Made by a program: the position numbers and the translations under genes | The notes under the pieces: model-generated | Told to the model about the DNA's origin: nothing | Seen by the model: the letters and a program-made list of their open reading frames with translations, nothing else | Databases searched by the model: none | Shown: positions 20,153-35,474 of the stretch, one piece after another | How the letters are laid out: each line of letters starts with the position of its first letter | How positions within the stretch are numbered: position 1 is the first letter of the stretch | Source: an uncultured Gemmatimonadales bacterium | Lineage (GTDB): Bacteria; Gemmatimonadota; Gemmatimonadetes; Gemmatimonadales; GWC2-71-9 | Reading direction: 5' to 3' | Assembly: GCA_963844035.1 (NCBI GenBank) | Contig: CAWJMT010000012.1 | Coordinates: forward strand, 64,001-128,000 | Length of the DNA stretch: 64,000 nt

Positions 20153-20482
20153 ATGCGCAGATTCGCCTATCCCTTCCTGCTCATGTTGGCCCTCACGCTC
20201 CCCGCGCTGGCCTGCGGGGATGACGAAACGTCAGCGGTGAGCGTCAAGGACGACTCGTTCGACCCGACCAGCAAGACGGTCAGTGTCGGAGCGAGCGTGT
20301 CCTGGCAGTGGACGGGCACCCATCAGCACAATGTCACGTGGGTCGTCGCGAGCACAAACTCCGCTACGCAGACGACCGGCACCTTCATGCGCACGTTCAG
20401 CACCGCGGGTTCGTATGTCTACTACTGCACGATTCATGGCACGCCTACGGGCGGCATGATGGGGACGATCGTCGTACAGTAG
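20153..20482 (+). CDS. Cupredoxin (plastocyanin/azurin-like) lipoprotein
   Basis: GGAGG SD, ALAC lipobox, HNV...YYCTIH-x6-M type-1 copper ligands. Confidence 0.85.
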   Translation: MRRFAYPFLLMLALTLPALACGDDETSAVSVKDDSFDPTSKTVSVGASVSWQWTGTHQHNVTWVVASTNSATQTTGTFMRTFSTAGSYVYYCTIHGTPTGGMMGTIVVQ

Positions 20483-20500
20483 GATGGAGATGGGAGTGGG

Positions 20501-20543
20501 ATAGGGGACGAGTGGTCCTGCCGCTCTTCCCCTGTTTCATTTG
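20501..20543 (+). terminator. Second terminator-like hairpin, related to the one after ssrA
   Basis: ataggggacgagtgg-tcctg-ccgctcttcccctgt then ttcattt; 18/19 nt identical to 20055-20073. Confidence 0.6.
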
Positions 20544-20547
20544 TGCG

Positions 20548-20739
20548 ATGCGCCCACCCCTTCCCCCACCGCGCCGCGCGCGCGAGCGGCACCCGCTGGT
20601 CTACTTCGCGGGCCTCAGTTTGTTATTCGCGATTATCGCCCTATTGGCGCGGTTCGATTTTGTATTCGTCGCCGGTGGAGCACTCGGGGCGGTCATCCTG
20701 GCCGTTGCCGCCATCGTCATCGCATTGCGGCGTGGGTGA
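20548..20739 (+). CDS. Small 2-TM membrane protein (63 aa)
   Basis: MRPPLPPPRRARERHPLVYFAGLSLLFAIIALL...; two hydrophobic segments with basic ends. Confidence 0.5.
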   Translation: MRPPLPPPRRARERHPLVYFAGLSLLFAIIALLARFDFVFVAGGALGAVILAVAAIVIALRRG

Positions 20740-20776
20740 GCAAGGCGTTTCACTCCCGCATCTACCATCGATCCAT

Positions 20777-23023
<2,247 letters not shown>

Positions 23024-23031
23024 TTGCGGCC

Positions 23032-24431
23032 CTACGAGATGGCGACCAACACCGGCTCGGCGTGTCTCGCGTCGGCGGCTCCGCCGGGGATCTCGGTGGG
23101 ATACTCGCCGGAGAAGCAGGCATGACAGAACTCGGCCGGATCGCCTCCCGCCGAGCGCAGCATCCCGTCGAGCGACAGATAGCCGAGGCGTGTCCACACC
23201 CAGGTGGCGGCGGATTTCCTCGACGCTGTGGTTCGAGCCGATCAGCTCGCTCTTCGTGGGGGTGTCGATGCCGTAGTAACACGGCCCGGTGATCGGTGGC
23301 GACGCGACCCGGAGGTGGACCTCTTTCGCGCCGGCCTGGCGGATCAGCTGCACCAGTGCCTTGCTGGTGGTGCCGCGCACGATCGAGTCGTCCACCACCA
23401 CGACCTTCTGTCCCTCCAGCACCTCTCGCACCGGATTGAACTTGATCTTCACCCGGGCGGTGCGGCCCGCCTGCAGCGGCTGGATGAACGTGCGGCCGAC
23501 GTAGTGGTTACGAATCAGCGCATGCTCGAGCTTCACGCCGGAGGCCTCCGAGTACCCGAGCGCCATCGCATTGGAGGAGTCGGGCACGGAGAAGACGCAG
23601 TCGGCGTCGGGCGCCGGATGCTCCCGCGCCAGCTCGCGGCCCAGGGCACGCCGCACGCGCGTCCACGGAGCGGGTGAACACGCGGCTGTCGGGACGGGAG
23701 AAGTAGACCAGCTCGAACACGCAGCGCCGATGCGGCTTGGGGGCGAGCGGGGGCAGCCGGTCCACCGTGTTTCCCTGGATGCGGAGGAAATCCCCGGGCT
23801 CGAGCTCGCGTACCAGCGTAGCGCCCATGATGTCGAGCGCGCACGTCTCCGAGGCGACCACCCACCCGTCGCCCAGGCGGCCGAGGACGAGCGGGCGAAA
23901 GCCGCGCGGGTCCACGACGGCGTACAGGGTGCGGCCGATCGTGATCACGAGGGAGTAGGCGCCCTCGACGCGCTCCAACGCGTCGAGCAGCTGATCCTCG
24001 GGCTCCCGCGCTTCCGACCGGGCGATCAGGTGGAGCAGCACCTCGGTGTCCGAGGAGCTTTGGAAGATCGAACCCTTGTTGACGAGGTCGGCGCGGAGCT
24101 GGACGGCGTTGGTGAGGTTGCCGTTGTGGCCGAGGGCGAGCGGACCCTCGCGGTAGCGGGCGAGCATCGGCTGGGCGTTGGCGAGCACCGATGTGCCGGC
24201 GGTGGAGTAGCGCGTGTGACCGATCGCGACGTCGCCCCGCAGCCCGGCGAGCGCTGCCTCGCTGAACGCGTCGGACACGAGGCCCATACCGCGATGCGAG
24301 CGGGCGACACCCTCACCGTCGACGGCGACGATGCCCGCCGCCTCCTGGCCGCGGTGTTGCAGGCTGTACAACCCGAGGTATACCTGTCGGGCTGCGTCGG
24401 GAACGGCGGTGACTCCGATGATGCCACACAT
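23032..24431 (-). CDS. purF: Amidophosphoribosyltransferase (apparent frameshifts near 23660 and 23190)
   Basis: N-terminal MCG, LQHRGQE, GHTRYST, HNGNL, VDDSIVRGTT, YYGID; TAG at 23032. Confidence 0.95.
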
Positions 24432-24437
24432 CGTGCT

Positions 24438-26710
<2,273 letters not shown>

Positions 26711-26711
<1 letters not shown>

Positions 26712-27359
26712 TACGGTGCGGTCTGCAGCGTGTCTGAGCGTCATCGGCACGGTGTCCGGAAGCATCGGGACGGTGTCGGGCAGCATCGGCACCGTGTCGG
26801 GCTCTGTCATCTCGAGGGGGGTCCCCCCCAGCTGCCCGTCATGCCTGCCGCCACTCGGGGAGCTGGATTGACCGCCGTATCCGTGACCGGGCCAGCGAAC
26901 CACGGCGTCAGTCACTTGACCGTTCTGTAAGGTCACGAGATCCAGATGCCCGCAGCTGTGTTCGCAGCCATTCGGGAAATAGAGGTAGGTGAACGCGCCC
27001 GTGCGGCGGACCGCGACCGGCGCTCCCCACAGTGAGTACACGTCGCGCTCCGCCATGCCCGGAAAGATCGTTCCCGTGTCCTGTGACACGTACGGGACAT
27101 CCCGCACGCGTGGAGGATTCGCGACCTCCTGGACGGGCGGCGGCTCCGGGGGCGGGGGGGCGGGAGCGGGCGTTGGAGCCGGCGCTGGGGCCGCAGGTGC
27201 TGCGGCGACGGGCGCCTTCTTGTGGAAGAAGCGCTCGCGCAACGTTGCAATCTTGCCCTTCACGGTGGTGCCGAACGTCGCGGCTTGGTCCTTGACCTTG
27301 TCACACCCGAAGGTGGTGGTCACCAACAGCGCGCACATCCACAGCGTGCTGCGTCGCAT
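26711..27359 (-). CDS. Hypothetical lipoprotein with Pro-rich linker and a possible SmpA/BamE-like domain
   Basis: [26 protein letters not shown] lipobox, [14 protein letters not shown]; probable true end ...PDTLQTAP* at TAG 26711-26713 after a 1-nt indel. Confidence 0.6.
26742..26804 (-). repeat. 21-bp x3 in-frame repeat (xPDTVPM)
   Basis: catcggcacggtgtccggaag / catcgggacggtgtcgggcag / catcggcaccgtgtcgggctc. Confidence 0.8.
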
Positions 27360-28017
27360 TGCCAGCCTCCATCGATTGAAAGACACGGGCTCCGTCATCG
27401 CCGCCAAGAGCCGGAGCCGTGCGGCGCTCCGGGTGGGGCATGATGCCTACCACGTTGCGGCCGGCATTGCAGATGCCGGCGATATCGTTGGTCGATCCGT
27501 TGGGATTGTCGCGGACGTAACGCCAGACCACCTGGTCCTGCGCTTCGAGGTCGGCCGCGGTGCGTGGGTCCGCCACGAACCGGCCGTCGCCGTGCGCGAT
27601 GGGGATCTCGATGACCTCGTCCTGCTCGTACAGGCGGGTGAAGGGTGTCTCCACGGTCTCGACGCGGACCGACACGGGGCGCGAGAGAAACCGCAGCCGC
27701 GCGTTGCGCATCAGCGCGCCGGGAAGCAATCCGGCTTCACACAGCGTCTGGAACCCGTTGCAGATGCCCAGCACCGCGCCTCCCGCCTGCGCGTGGGCGT
27801 TCACCGCCGCCATGATGGGCGAGAATCGGGCGATCGCACCGGAGCGGAGGTAGTCGCCGTAGCTGAACCCGCCTGGCAGGATCACGACGTCCGCCTGGCG
27901 GAGGTCCGTCTCCCGGTGCCACACGGCGTAGGCGTCCGATCCCGCGGCGCGGGCGGCCGCGATCGTATCGGTGTCGCAGTTCGACCCGGGGAAGACGACC
28001 ACCGCGACGCGGCGCAT
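27301..28017 (-). CDS. purQ: FGAM synthase glutaminase subunit PurQ
   Basis: [31 protein letters not shown]. Confidence 0.96.
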   Translation of the reverse strand: MRRVAVVVFPGSNCDTDTIAAARAAGSDAYAVWHRETDLRQADVVILPGGFSYGDYLRSGAIARFSPIMAAVNAHAQAGGAVLGICNGFQTLCEAGLLPGALMRNARLRFLSRPVSVRVETVETPFTRLYEQDEVIEIPIAHGDGRFVADPRTAADLEAQDQVVWRYVRDNPNGSTNDIAGICNAGRNVVGIMPHPERRTAPALGGDDGARVFQSMEAGNATQHAVDVRAVGDHHLRV

Positions 28018-28271
28018 CAGCCGGTCCTCACGGCCACGTCGAAATCCTCGGTGACCGGGTTGGCGAGCAGCCGGTCGCACATCACGCGCGCCTGTGCCGC
28101 CGCCGCTTCGCTGCTCGCCGCATCGAGATCGAGCACGAGGTGCTTGCCCACGCGGACCTTGGCCACGTCTTTGAACCCGAGCGCGTGCAGCGCGTGCTCG
28201 ACGGCCTGCCCCTGGGGATCGAGCAGCGCGGCGCGGGGCATCACGCGGATCTCCACCCGATAGGCGGTCAT
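28017..28271 (-). CDS. purS: FGAM synthase subunit PurS
   Basis: LDPQG, VRVGK and LLANPVTE motifs; 84 aa. Confidence 0.95.
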   Translation of the reverse strand: MTAYRVEIRVMPRAALLDPQGQAVEHALHALGFKDVAKVRVGKHLVLDLDAASSEAAAAQARVMCDRLLANPVTEDFDVAVRTG

Positions 28272-29104
28272 CCTGCGGCTCCGCCGCGCGGGACGTCTTG
28301 ATCGCCGTCGTCGTCGCCGTCGGCGATCATGATCGGTCCCGAGTCTTCATCCTCGTCTTCGGATTCGCTCACCAGTCCGAGCACGAAGGCCCGGATCACG
28401 CCGTACGCCATGTATGCGATTCCCAAAGGAAAGAAGAAAACGTCGTGCTCCCAGATCCCGAACGCCGCGATACAGAGTATCGTCGCCAGCCCCAGGGCGC
28501 CCCGCAGTGAGCGCGTGCTGGCATGCGGCAGCGCGGCATACTGGACGCTGCTCACCATGAGCATCGCCAGGAGGATCATCAGGAGTTGGAGGAGATGGTG
28601 CCAGGGGAGGCCGCGGAGCGCATTCTGGTACAGGTCGCTTTGCGTGAACGGATAGTACGTCGCGAGGGTCATCCCGGCGGCCGGCGACGGCAGCCCGATG
28701 AACGAATGCTTCGCCTTTCCCGCCGAAGCGACGTTGAAACGCGCGAGTCGGATCGCGGCGGCCATGACGTAAAAGTAGCAGAAGATCCATTCCGCCTGGC
28801 CGGCGCTGCCGAAGGCCAGCATGTACATCAAGAACGCGGGCGCCACGCCGAAGCTCACGATGTCGACCAGGCTGTCCAGCTCTTCGCCGAACCGCGATCC
28901 GGTATTCGACAAGCGCGCGATGCGGCCGTCCAGCGTATCGAGGATGCCGGCGAATACGATGTACCACCCTGCGCGATAGAACTCGCCGCGGGAGGCTTGC
29001 ACCATCGACCAGATTCCAAAGAACAAGTTGAAAAGCGTGAACAAGCTCGGCACCACCACCACCACGCGGCGCATGTTCGGACGCGGCAACCGCGGCCGCA
29101 TCAC
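28268..29104 (-). CDS. pssA: CDP-diacylglycerol--serine O-phosphatidyltransferase
   Basis: DTLDGRIAR...GEELDSLVDIVSFGVAP, RLARFN, FIGLPSP; adjacent to psd. Confidence 0.9.
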   Translation of the reverse strand: MMRPRLPRPNMRRVVVVVPSLFTLFNLFFGIWSMVQASRGEFYRAGWYIVFAGILDTLDGRIARLSNTGSRFGEELDSLVDIVSFGVAPAFLMYMLAFGSAGQAEWIFCYFYVMAAAIRLARFNVASAGKAKHSFIGLPSPAAGMTLATYYPFTQSDLYQNALRGLPWHHLLQLLMILLAMLMVSSVQYAALPHASTRSLRGALGLATILCIAAFGIWEHDVFFFPLGIAYMAYGVIRAFVLGLVSESEDEDEDSGPIMIADGDDDGDQDVPRGGAAG

Positions 29105-29754
29105 TCCGGGTACTCCGCCAGCACTGAGGCGCCCACGCGCACCCGGTCGCCCACCGCGACGCGGACCGTGTGCCGGCTGGTGTGGGGCAGGAACACGTCC
29201 ACCCGCGAGCCGAACCGGATCATGCCGAGGCGGGCGCCCTGCGCGGCGGGATCGCCCACCTTGCTGTCGGTCACGATGCGGCGCGCGATGAGGCCGGCGA
29301 TCTGGCGCACGAGCAGCGGGCCGTGCGCGCCGCGGATGCCGACCGAGGACTGCTCGTTCTCGAGGCTGGCTTTATCGGACGCGGCGTGCAAGAACAAGCC
29401 GGCGTTGTAATGCGTCAGCTCGACCTGTCCCGAGATCGGGTACCGGTTCACGTGTACGTCGAACACGTTCATGAAGATCGAAATGCGCGTTGCCTCCGCC
29501 TTCAAGTACATCGGCTCATGCACCGACGCGACCTCTACGATCCTGCCGTCCGCCGGCGAAATGACCATCCCAGGGCCCCGTGGACCCGCGAACAGCGGAT
29601 CGCGGAAGAACACGAGCAGCCATATCGCGACGGCGAGTGCGGGCGCTTCCGCCAGCCAGAACCAGGGCCCGTGGCGAGCCACCGCCCAGGCGCCCACGCC
29701 CGCGAGCGCCCATCCCGTGAGGATGAAGGGCCAGCCTTCCGGCGCCAACCTCAC
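29101..29754 (-). CDS. psd: Phosphatidylserine decarboxylase proenzyme
   Basis: [36 protein letters not shown] self-cleavage site. Confidence 0.93.
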   Translation of the reverse strand: MRLAPEGWPFILTGWALAGVGAWAVARHGPWFWLAEAPALAVAIWLLVFFRDPLFAGPRGPGMVISPADGRIVEVASVHEPMYLKAEATRISIFMNVFDVHVNRYPISGQVELTHYNAGLFLHAASDKASLENEQSSVGIRGAHGPLLVRQIAGLIARRIVTDSKVGDPAAQGARLGMIRFGSRVDVFLPHTSRHTVRVAVGDRVRVGASVLAEYPE

Positions 29755-30677
29755 CGCGCGCGGGCATTCAGGACATGCCCCGTAATCAGCCGATACGCGT
29801 CGCGATAGCGCACGCTGGTGGCTTGAACGACCTCGGCGGGCAGCGGCGGCGGCGGTGCATCGCCGTTCCATTCTCCGCGACGCTTTACGCCCGCCAGATA
29901 GTCCCGCAGCGGCTGCTTGTCGAAACTGGGCTGGCTCCGTCCCGCCTGGTATCGGTCGGCGGGCCAGAACCGTGACGAATCGGGCGTGAGGATCTCGTCG
30001 ATCACGAGCAGGGTGCCGTCGCGCGCAGTGCCGAATTCGAACTTCGTGTCCGCGATGATGATGCCCCGCGGCCCCGCATAGGCCCGGCCCGCTTCATACA
30101 GCGCGAGGCTCGCCTGGCGGAGCCGCTCGGCCATGGGGCGTCCCAGTGCCTGGGCGACGTGCGCGAAGGTGACGTTCTCGTCGTGACCCGTTTCGGCCTT
30201 GGTCGCGGGAGAGAAAATGGCGGGCTCGAGCCGCGCGCTCTCGGTCAGGCCGGCGGGCAGGCGCTCGCCCGCCAGCGTCCCCGATTTCTCGTACTCCGCC
30301 CACGCCGAACCCGTGATGTATCCCCGGACGACGCATTCGAACGGCACCGGCGTGGTCCGGCGCGCGAGCATGGCGCGGCCGGTGAGCATGGCGCGCGCGC
30401 CCGCCACCGCGGGCACGCGCCGTACGATCTCGTCGGCGTCGGCGGTAATGAGGTGGCTCGGCATCACCGACTCCAGGCGCTCGAACCAGAACGCGCTCAG
30501 CTGGGTGAGCACCGCGCCCTTGTGCGCTACCGGCTCGCGCATGACCACGTCGAACGCGCTCACGCGGTCGCTCGCTACGAGCAGCAACGTGTCCGCATCC
30601 ACCTCGTAAACCTCGCGAACCTTGCCGCGCCGCAGCAGCGGCAGGGGCAGAGCGCTGGCGACCAGGGGAGCGGTCAT
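29751..30677 (-). CDS. purC: SAICAR synthase
   Basis: [34 protein letters not shown]. Confidence 0.96.
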   Translation of the reverse strand: MTAPLVASALPLPLLRRGKVREVYEVDADTLLLVASDRVSAFDVVMREPVAHKGAVLTQLSAFWFERLESVMPSHLITADADEIVRRVPAVAGARAMLTGRAMLARRTTPVPFECVVRGYITGSAWAEYEKSGTLAGERLPAGLTESARLEPAIFSPATKAETGHDENVTFAHVAQALGRPMAERLRQASLALYEAGRAYAGPRGIIIADTKFEFGTARDGTLLVIDEILTPDSSRFWPADRYQAGRSQPSFDKQPLRDYLAGVKRRGEWNGDAPPPPLPAEVVQATSVRYRDAYRLITGHVLNARAR

Positions 30678-32095
30678 ACGTTCACCTCCGCGGCCACGGC
30701 GCTGGGCGCAACCGGCTCGATGCGGCGGAGCAGCGGCGGGAGCACGTGCGCGAGGAAGTCGTCCACCTGGCGCGGCGCCCGGCCCACGTAGCGCGACGGG
30801 TCCATCTCGTCCGGGAGGATGGTCACCTTGAGCGTCTTGAACGCCGGATCTTCGCTGAGCCGTGCCAGCAGCTGGTCAGCGGTACCGTGCTCGACCGCCG
30901 CGAGGCTGTGGACCCGGATCACCTCGTGCAGCCGCTGGCGATCGCCGCCCGCTTTTACCGCGCGCATCAGCAGACGCTCCGTGACGAGGAAGGGCAGCTG
31001 CGCTGCCACGTGGCGGGCGATTGCCGTTTCACGCACTTCGAGTCCGGCGGCGACATTGGTCGCCAGCACGAGAATGGCATCCGTCGCCAGGAATGCTTCG
31101 GGGATGGTGAGGCGCCGGTTCGCGCTGTCGTCGAGCGTGCGCTCCAGCCATTGCTCCGCCGCGGTGTGCCAGCCGTTCCCTTCGAGCTCGATGACGAAGC
31201 GCGCCAGACCCGTCATGCGCTCGGCGCGCATCGGGTTCCGTTTGAAGGGCATGGCGCTCGAGCCCACCTGCTCGGCCTCGAACGGCTCCAGCATCTCTCC
31301 TTCGTGCTGCAACAGCCGCAGGTCGGTCGCAAACTTGGCCGCGGTCGCCGCGATCCCCGCCAGCGCCGCCAGGATCTGCGCGTCGAGCTTGCGGGTGTAG
31401 GTCTGGCCCGTCACGGGAAACACTTTCGCGAATCCCATCTTGCGGGCCACGCGCGCATCGAGCTCCTGCACCTTCTCGTCCTGCTCGCCGAACAGCTCGA
31501 GGAAGCTGGCCTGGGTTCCGGTCGTTCCCTTGACGCCGCGGAACTGGAACGCGTCGAGCCGGTGCAGCAGCTCCTCCGCGTCGAGCAGGAAATCCTGCAT
31601 CCACAGCGTCACGCGTTTGCCCACCGTCGTGAGCTGGGCAGGCTGGAAGTGGGTGTAGGCGAGGCAGGGAACGGCGCGGTGGCGGCGCGCGACTTTCCCG
31701 AGTGCGACGAGGACCGCCGCCAGGCGGCCGAGCAGCAGCGTGAGCGCTTCGCGCATCACCAGCTGGTCGGCGTTGTCGGTGACGTAGGCGCTCGTCGCGC
31801 CGAGATGGAGGAACGGGCGGGCGGCAGGTGCCTGCTCGCCGAGGTGGTGGATGTGCGCCATCACGTCGTGACGCAGCCGCTTCTCGTGCTCGGCCGCGCG
31901 ATCGAGATCGGCGTCGTCCAAATGCGCGCGCAGCTCCGACAGAGCTGCGGGAGGAATGGCGAGGCCGAGCTCCTGCTCCGCTTCCATCAGCGCCAGCCAG
32001 AGCCGGCGCCACAGACCGATTCGTTTCCGGTCCCCCCACAGCAGCTGCATCGCAGGGGAGGCATAGCGCTGGCCCAGCGGCGACTGGTAGGTCAA
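30674..32095 (-). CDS. purB: Adenylosuccinate lyase
   Basis: [35 protein letters not shown] start overlapping the truA stop. Confidence 0.95.
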   Translation of the reverse strand: MTYQSPLGQRYASPAMQLLWGDRKRIGLWRRLWLALMEAEQELGLAIPPAALSELRAHLDDADLDRAAEHEKRLRHDVMAHIHHLGEQAPAARPFLHLGATSAYVTDNADQLVMREALTLLLGRLAAVLVALGKVARRHRAVPCLAYTHFQPAQLTTVGKRVTLWMQDFLLDAEELLHRLDAFQFRGVKGTTGTQASFLELFGEQDEKVQELDARVARKMGFAKVFPVTGQTYTRKLDAQILAALAGIAATAAKFATDLRLLQHEGEMLEPFEAEQVGSSAMPFKRNPMRAERMTGLARFVIELEGNGWHTAAEQWLERTLDDSANRRLTIPEAFLATDAILVLATNVAAGLEVRETAIARHVAAQLPFLVTERLLMRAVKAGGDRQRLHEVIRVHSLAAVEHGTADQLLARLSEDPAFKTLKVTILPDEMDPSRYVGRAPRQVDDFLAHVLPPLLRRIEPVAPSAVAAEVNV

Positions 32096-32895
32096 CCGGT
32101 TGCCTGCATCGGTCGCGCCTCGGCGTAGAGATCGGGAGGGTAGCGGACGGCCATCAGGTAGAGCCCCTGCGGTGGAGCAGGCGGGCTGGCCGCCTGGTTG
32201 TCGGTCGCGGCCAGCAATGCGGAGAAGTCGGACAGCGGGCGCCGGTGCAACGCGATGTCGATCATCGCCCCTACCAGGAAGCGCACCATGTGGTGTAGGA
32301 ATCGGTCGGCTTCGATCGTGAACACCATCCCCGTTTCGTCCGCTCGCGGCGCCCAGTCGGCCAGCGCCACGCGGCAACGGTAGTGCGGCTTCGGCGCTCC
32401 GCCCTGAGAAGCGAGGCCACGGAAATCGTGCTCGCCGACCGTCAACCCGGCGGCGGCGGCGAGCAGCGGTGAGTCGAGCGAGCGTCCCAGGGCCCACTCG
32501 TACGGGCGCCGGAACGGTGATTGCGCACCGTCATCGGTCCCGACCAGGTAGCGGTACCGGCGCGCCACGGCGCTGCGTCGCGCGTCAAACCCCGGTCGCA
32601 TGGGGTGCACCTGCTCCACCCAGATGTCGCGCGGCAAGAGGGCGTTGAGCGCGCGTCGCAGACCCGGCGGATCATCCCCCCACCGCTCATCGGTCAGGAA
32701 ACCAACACCCTGACCGAGGGCGTGCACGCCGGTGTCGGTCCGCCCCGCCCCCGTGACCGGGGTGCGCCGCCCCATCAGACGCTCGAGGACCGTCTCGAAC
32801 TCGGCTTGCACCGTGCGCCCTTCCGCCTGGCGCTGCCAGCCGACGAACTGGACCCCGTCGTAGTGGACCACGGCGAGGCAGGGCCGGCTCGTCAC
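32092..32895 (-). CDS. truA: tRNA pseudouridine(38-40) synthase
   Basis: YDGVQFVGWQRQ, GAGRTDTGVHA, FLHHMVR. Confidence 0.95.
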   Translation of the reverse strand: MTSRPCLAVVHYDGVQFVGWQRQAEGRTVQAEFETVLERLMGRRTPVTGAGRTDTGVHALGQGVGFLTDERWGDDPPGLRRALNALLPRDIWVEQVHPMRPGFDARRSAVARRYRYLVGTDDGAQSPFRRPYEWALGRSLDSPLLAAAAGLTVGEHDFRGLASQGGAPKPHYRCRVALADWAPRADETGMVFTIEADRFLHHMVRFLVGAMIDIALHRRPLSDFSALLAATDNQAASPPAPPQGLYLMAVRYPPDLYAEARPMQATG

Positions 32896-32901
32896 GGGCG
32901 A

Positions 32902-32931
32902 AAGATAGGGAAAACGGGTACCTTTTGCCAA
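32902..32931 (-). promoter_or_regulatory. Putative sigma70 promoter for a leaderless truA-pur transcript
   Basis: TTGGCA-N18-TATCTT ending 6 nt before GTG 32895. Confidence 0.45.
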
Positions 32932-32945
32932 GCCGACCAACACCG

Positions 32946-33992
32946 ATGCCCGACACCTCCCCGCCGCTCCAGCAAGCGATTTCCGCCCTCGCCAACCGCC
33001 AGTCCCTCAGCGAGCGACTCGCCGCCGACGTGTTCAATGCGGTGATGCGCGGCGAAGCGAGCCCTGCACAAATCGCGGCGCTCCTCATGGGCCTGCGGGT
33101 CAAGGGAGAGACAGCGGAAGAAGTCGCCGGCGCCGCTCGGGCCCTGCGCGACGCGATGGTACGGGTCGAGGCCGACACGACCCACCTTGTCGATACCTGC
33201 GGCACCGGGGGAGGCACCGTCGGGACCTTCAACATCTCGACGGCCGGAGCGCTGATCGCGGCGGGCGCCGGGGCGAGCGTCGCCAAACACGGCAATCGGT
33301 CGTTCACCTCGAAGTGCGGCTCGGCAGATGTCTTGGAAGCCCTGGGCGTGACGATCCGTCTCGATGCCGCCGCCGCCGCGCGCGTGCTCCGCGACGCCTG
33401 CATCACCTTTCTGTTCGCACCGACGTTTCACCCCGCGATGCGCCATGTGGGCCCGGTGCGGGGTGAGCTGGGGATCACATCCGTCATGAACATGATCGGT
33501 CCGCTTGCCAACCCGGCGGGGGTGCGGCGCCAGGTCTTGGGCGTGGCGGATCGGGAGCGCGCCGTGTTGATGGCGGACGCGCTGGCACGGCTCGGGGTGG
33601 AGCACGCGATGGTGGTACATGGACGGGTGGGGATGGACGAGATCTCTCCCCAGGGAGTGACGGATGTGTGGGAGGTGCGGGGTGGCGCCGTCACGCTGTG
33701 GGAGATTGACCCCGCAGCGCACGGGTGCGCGGTCGCGGATGTCACGCTGTTGCGCGGCGGCGTGCCGGCCGAGAACGCCGGGCGGATCGAGCGGCTGTTG
33801 AGTGGGGCGAAGGACGGTGACGCGGCCGGACGCGCGGCGTCCCTGCTGAATGCCGGGGCTGCCCTGTACGTGGCGGGGCTCGCTCCGACCTACGCCGCGG
33901 GCGTGACGCGGGCCGGTGCGGCGTTGGACTCGGGCGCGGGCCGGGCCGCCCTCGAGCGGCTGCGCCGGGCGAGTGCTAGCACTTCCGGATGA
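32946..33992 (+). CDS. trpD: Anthranilate phosphoribosyltransferase
   Basis: DTCGTGG, FNIST, KHGNRS, GSADVLEALG, GPLANP. Confidence 0.96.
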   Translation: MPDTSPPLQQAISALANRQSLSERLAADVFNAVMRGEASPAQIAALLMGLRVKGETAEEVAGAARALRDAMVRVEADTTHLVDTCGTGGGTVGTFNISTAGALIAAGAGASVAKHGNRSFTSKCGSADVLEALGVTIRLDAAAAARVLRDACITFLFAPTFHPAMRHVGPVRGELGITSVMNMIGPLANPAGVRRQVLGVADRERAVLMADALARLGVEHAMVVHGRVGMDEISPQGVTDVWEVRGGAVTLWEIDPAAHGCAVADVTLLRGGVPAENAGRIERLLSGAKDGDAAGRAASLLNAGAALYVAGLAPTYAAGVTRAGAALDSGAGRAALERLRRASASTSG

Positions 33993-34584
33993 CGCCGACG
34001 ACGATGCCCTGGACCATGATGTCGCGCTCGTTCACCCGCAGCGGGGCCATGCTCGGATTCGCCGGCTGAAGGCGAATCCAACCACCGGGTTCACGGTAGA
34101 ACTTTTTGACCGTGGCGCTGTTGCCGTGAACCAGGGCCACGACCATCTGGCCGTTGTCGGCCTGGTTCCGCTCATGTACGATGACGAAGTCGCCATCCCG
34201 GATCTGCTCGTCGATCATCGAGGTGCCGCGCACCTTGAGCACGTAGCTCCGCCCGCGGCGCGGAATCAGCTCGTCCGGAACCGCGATGGTGTCCGTGCCG
34301 TCGATGGCTTCGATGGGCTCGCCCGCGGCCACGAGGCCGAGCAGCGGCAGCTCGGTGGCCCCGGTCTGGCCCTTGGGGGGCACGATCTCGATCGCCCGGC
34401 TTTCGTTATGAGCGCGGCGGATGAACCCCTTCCGCTCGAGGTTCGTGAGGTGCTCGTGGACCGTCGCGAGCGACTGAAAACCGAACTGCTGGGCGATTTC
34501 TTCGAAGCTTGGGGCGTACCCCTTGTCGTCGATATGATGAGCGACAAAGTCGAAGATTTCGCGCTGGCGGCGTGTTAGCGGCAC
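33976..34584 (-). CDS. lexA: SOS repressor LexA
   Basis: wHTH (YAPSFEEI...SLATVHEHL), VAAG cleavage site, GTSM catalytic Ser, TVKK catalytic Lys. Confidence 0.96.
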   Translation of the reverse strand: MPLTRRQREIFDFVAHHIDDKGYAPSFEEIAQQFGFQSLATVHEHLTNLERKGFIRRAHNESRAIEIVPPKGQTGATELPLLGLVAAGEPIEAIDGTDTIAVPDELIPRRGRSYVLKVRGTSMIDEQIRDGDFVIVHERNQADNGQMVVALVHGNSATVKKFYREPGGWIRLQPANPSMAPLRVNERDIMVQGIVVGVIRKC

Positions 34585-34592
34585 CTGGTCTC

Positions 34593-34639
34593 CCGAAAAT
34601 AAACCGAAGTTAATCTACCCGATAAAAGCCCGAACGCAA
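34593..34639 (-). promoter_or_regulatory. lexA promoter with two candidate operator boxes CCGAW-N6-CCGAA
   Basis: ccgaa-aataaa-ccgaa (34593-34608) and ccgat-aaaagc-ccgaa (34619-34634); minus-strand TTGCGT-N16-TAGATT. Confidence 0.6.
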
Positions 34640-34641
34640 GC

Positions 34642-35445
34642 ATGGCCCAGATTACCCTCGACACGATCCTGGCGGCGACCCGAACCCGGGTGGCAGCCCT
34701 TCGGGCACGCACCCGGGAGCTGGAGCGGCGGGCGGCCCAGGCGCCCACGCCCCGCTCCTTTGCGGCGGCGCTGCGCGGAACCACCGTGGGAGTGATCGCG
34801 GAGGTCAAGCGCCGCTCGCCGTCCGTGGGGGCGATCGCGGAGGGTCTGGACCCCGTGTCGCATGCGGCGGCGTACGTTCGGGGCGGTGCCGTGGTCATCT
34901 CGGTGCTGACCGACGAGGCGCATTTCGGTGGCTCGCTCGAGGATCTGGAGCGAGTGGCGCGGGAGGTTTCCTGTCCAGTGCTGCGCAAGGACTTTATTCT
35001 CGATGAGCTGCAGATCGTCGAGGCGCGCGGGGCGGGTGCGAGTGCGGTCCTGCTCATCGTCCGGGCGATGGATGCCCAGCGGCTGCGGGACCTTTCCCGT
35101 ACGGCCCGCGATCTCGGACTGGGCGTTCTGGTCGAGGCCCACAATGCACCAGAGCTCGAAGCGGCGTTGGCTGCCGAGCCGACCGCGCTGGGCGTGAACA
35201 GTCGGGATCTGGCGACATTTACCGTCGATCATAAGGCGGCTGAGCGACTCGTCGCGCGCGTGCCGCCCGGCATCGCCGCCGTTGCCGAGAGCGGCATCGA
35301 GCGGCGCGCCGATGTCGAGCGGTTTGCGGCCGCGGGTGCAGACCTGGTGCTGGTGGGGACGGCGGTAGCGCGCACGGCGGATCCGGCCGCCGCCGTCCGG
35401 GAGTTGTGTGGTGTGCCTCGGCGCGGGCGGCCGGGGGTGGCATAG
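34642..35445 (+). CDS. trpC: Indole-3-glycerol phosphate synthase
   Basis: [33 protein letters not shown]. Confidence 0.96.
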   Translation: MAQITLDTILAATRTRVAALRARTRELERRAAQAPTPRSFAAALRGTTVGVIAEVKRRSPSVGAIAEGLDPVSHAAAYVRGGAVVISVLTDEAHFGGSLEDLERVAREVSCPVLRKDFILDELQIVEARGAGASAVLLIVRAMDAQRLRDLSRTARDLGLGVLVEAHNAPELEAALAAEPTALGVNSRDLATFTVDHKAAERLVARVPPGIAAVAESGIERRADVERFAAAGADLVLVGTAVARTADPAAAVRELCGVPRRGRPGVA

Positions 35446-35474
35446 TGGGCGCCTCCAAGCGGAAGGATCAGAGC

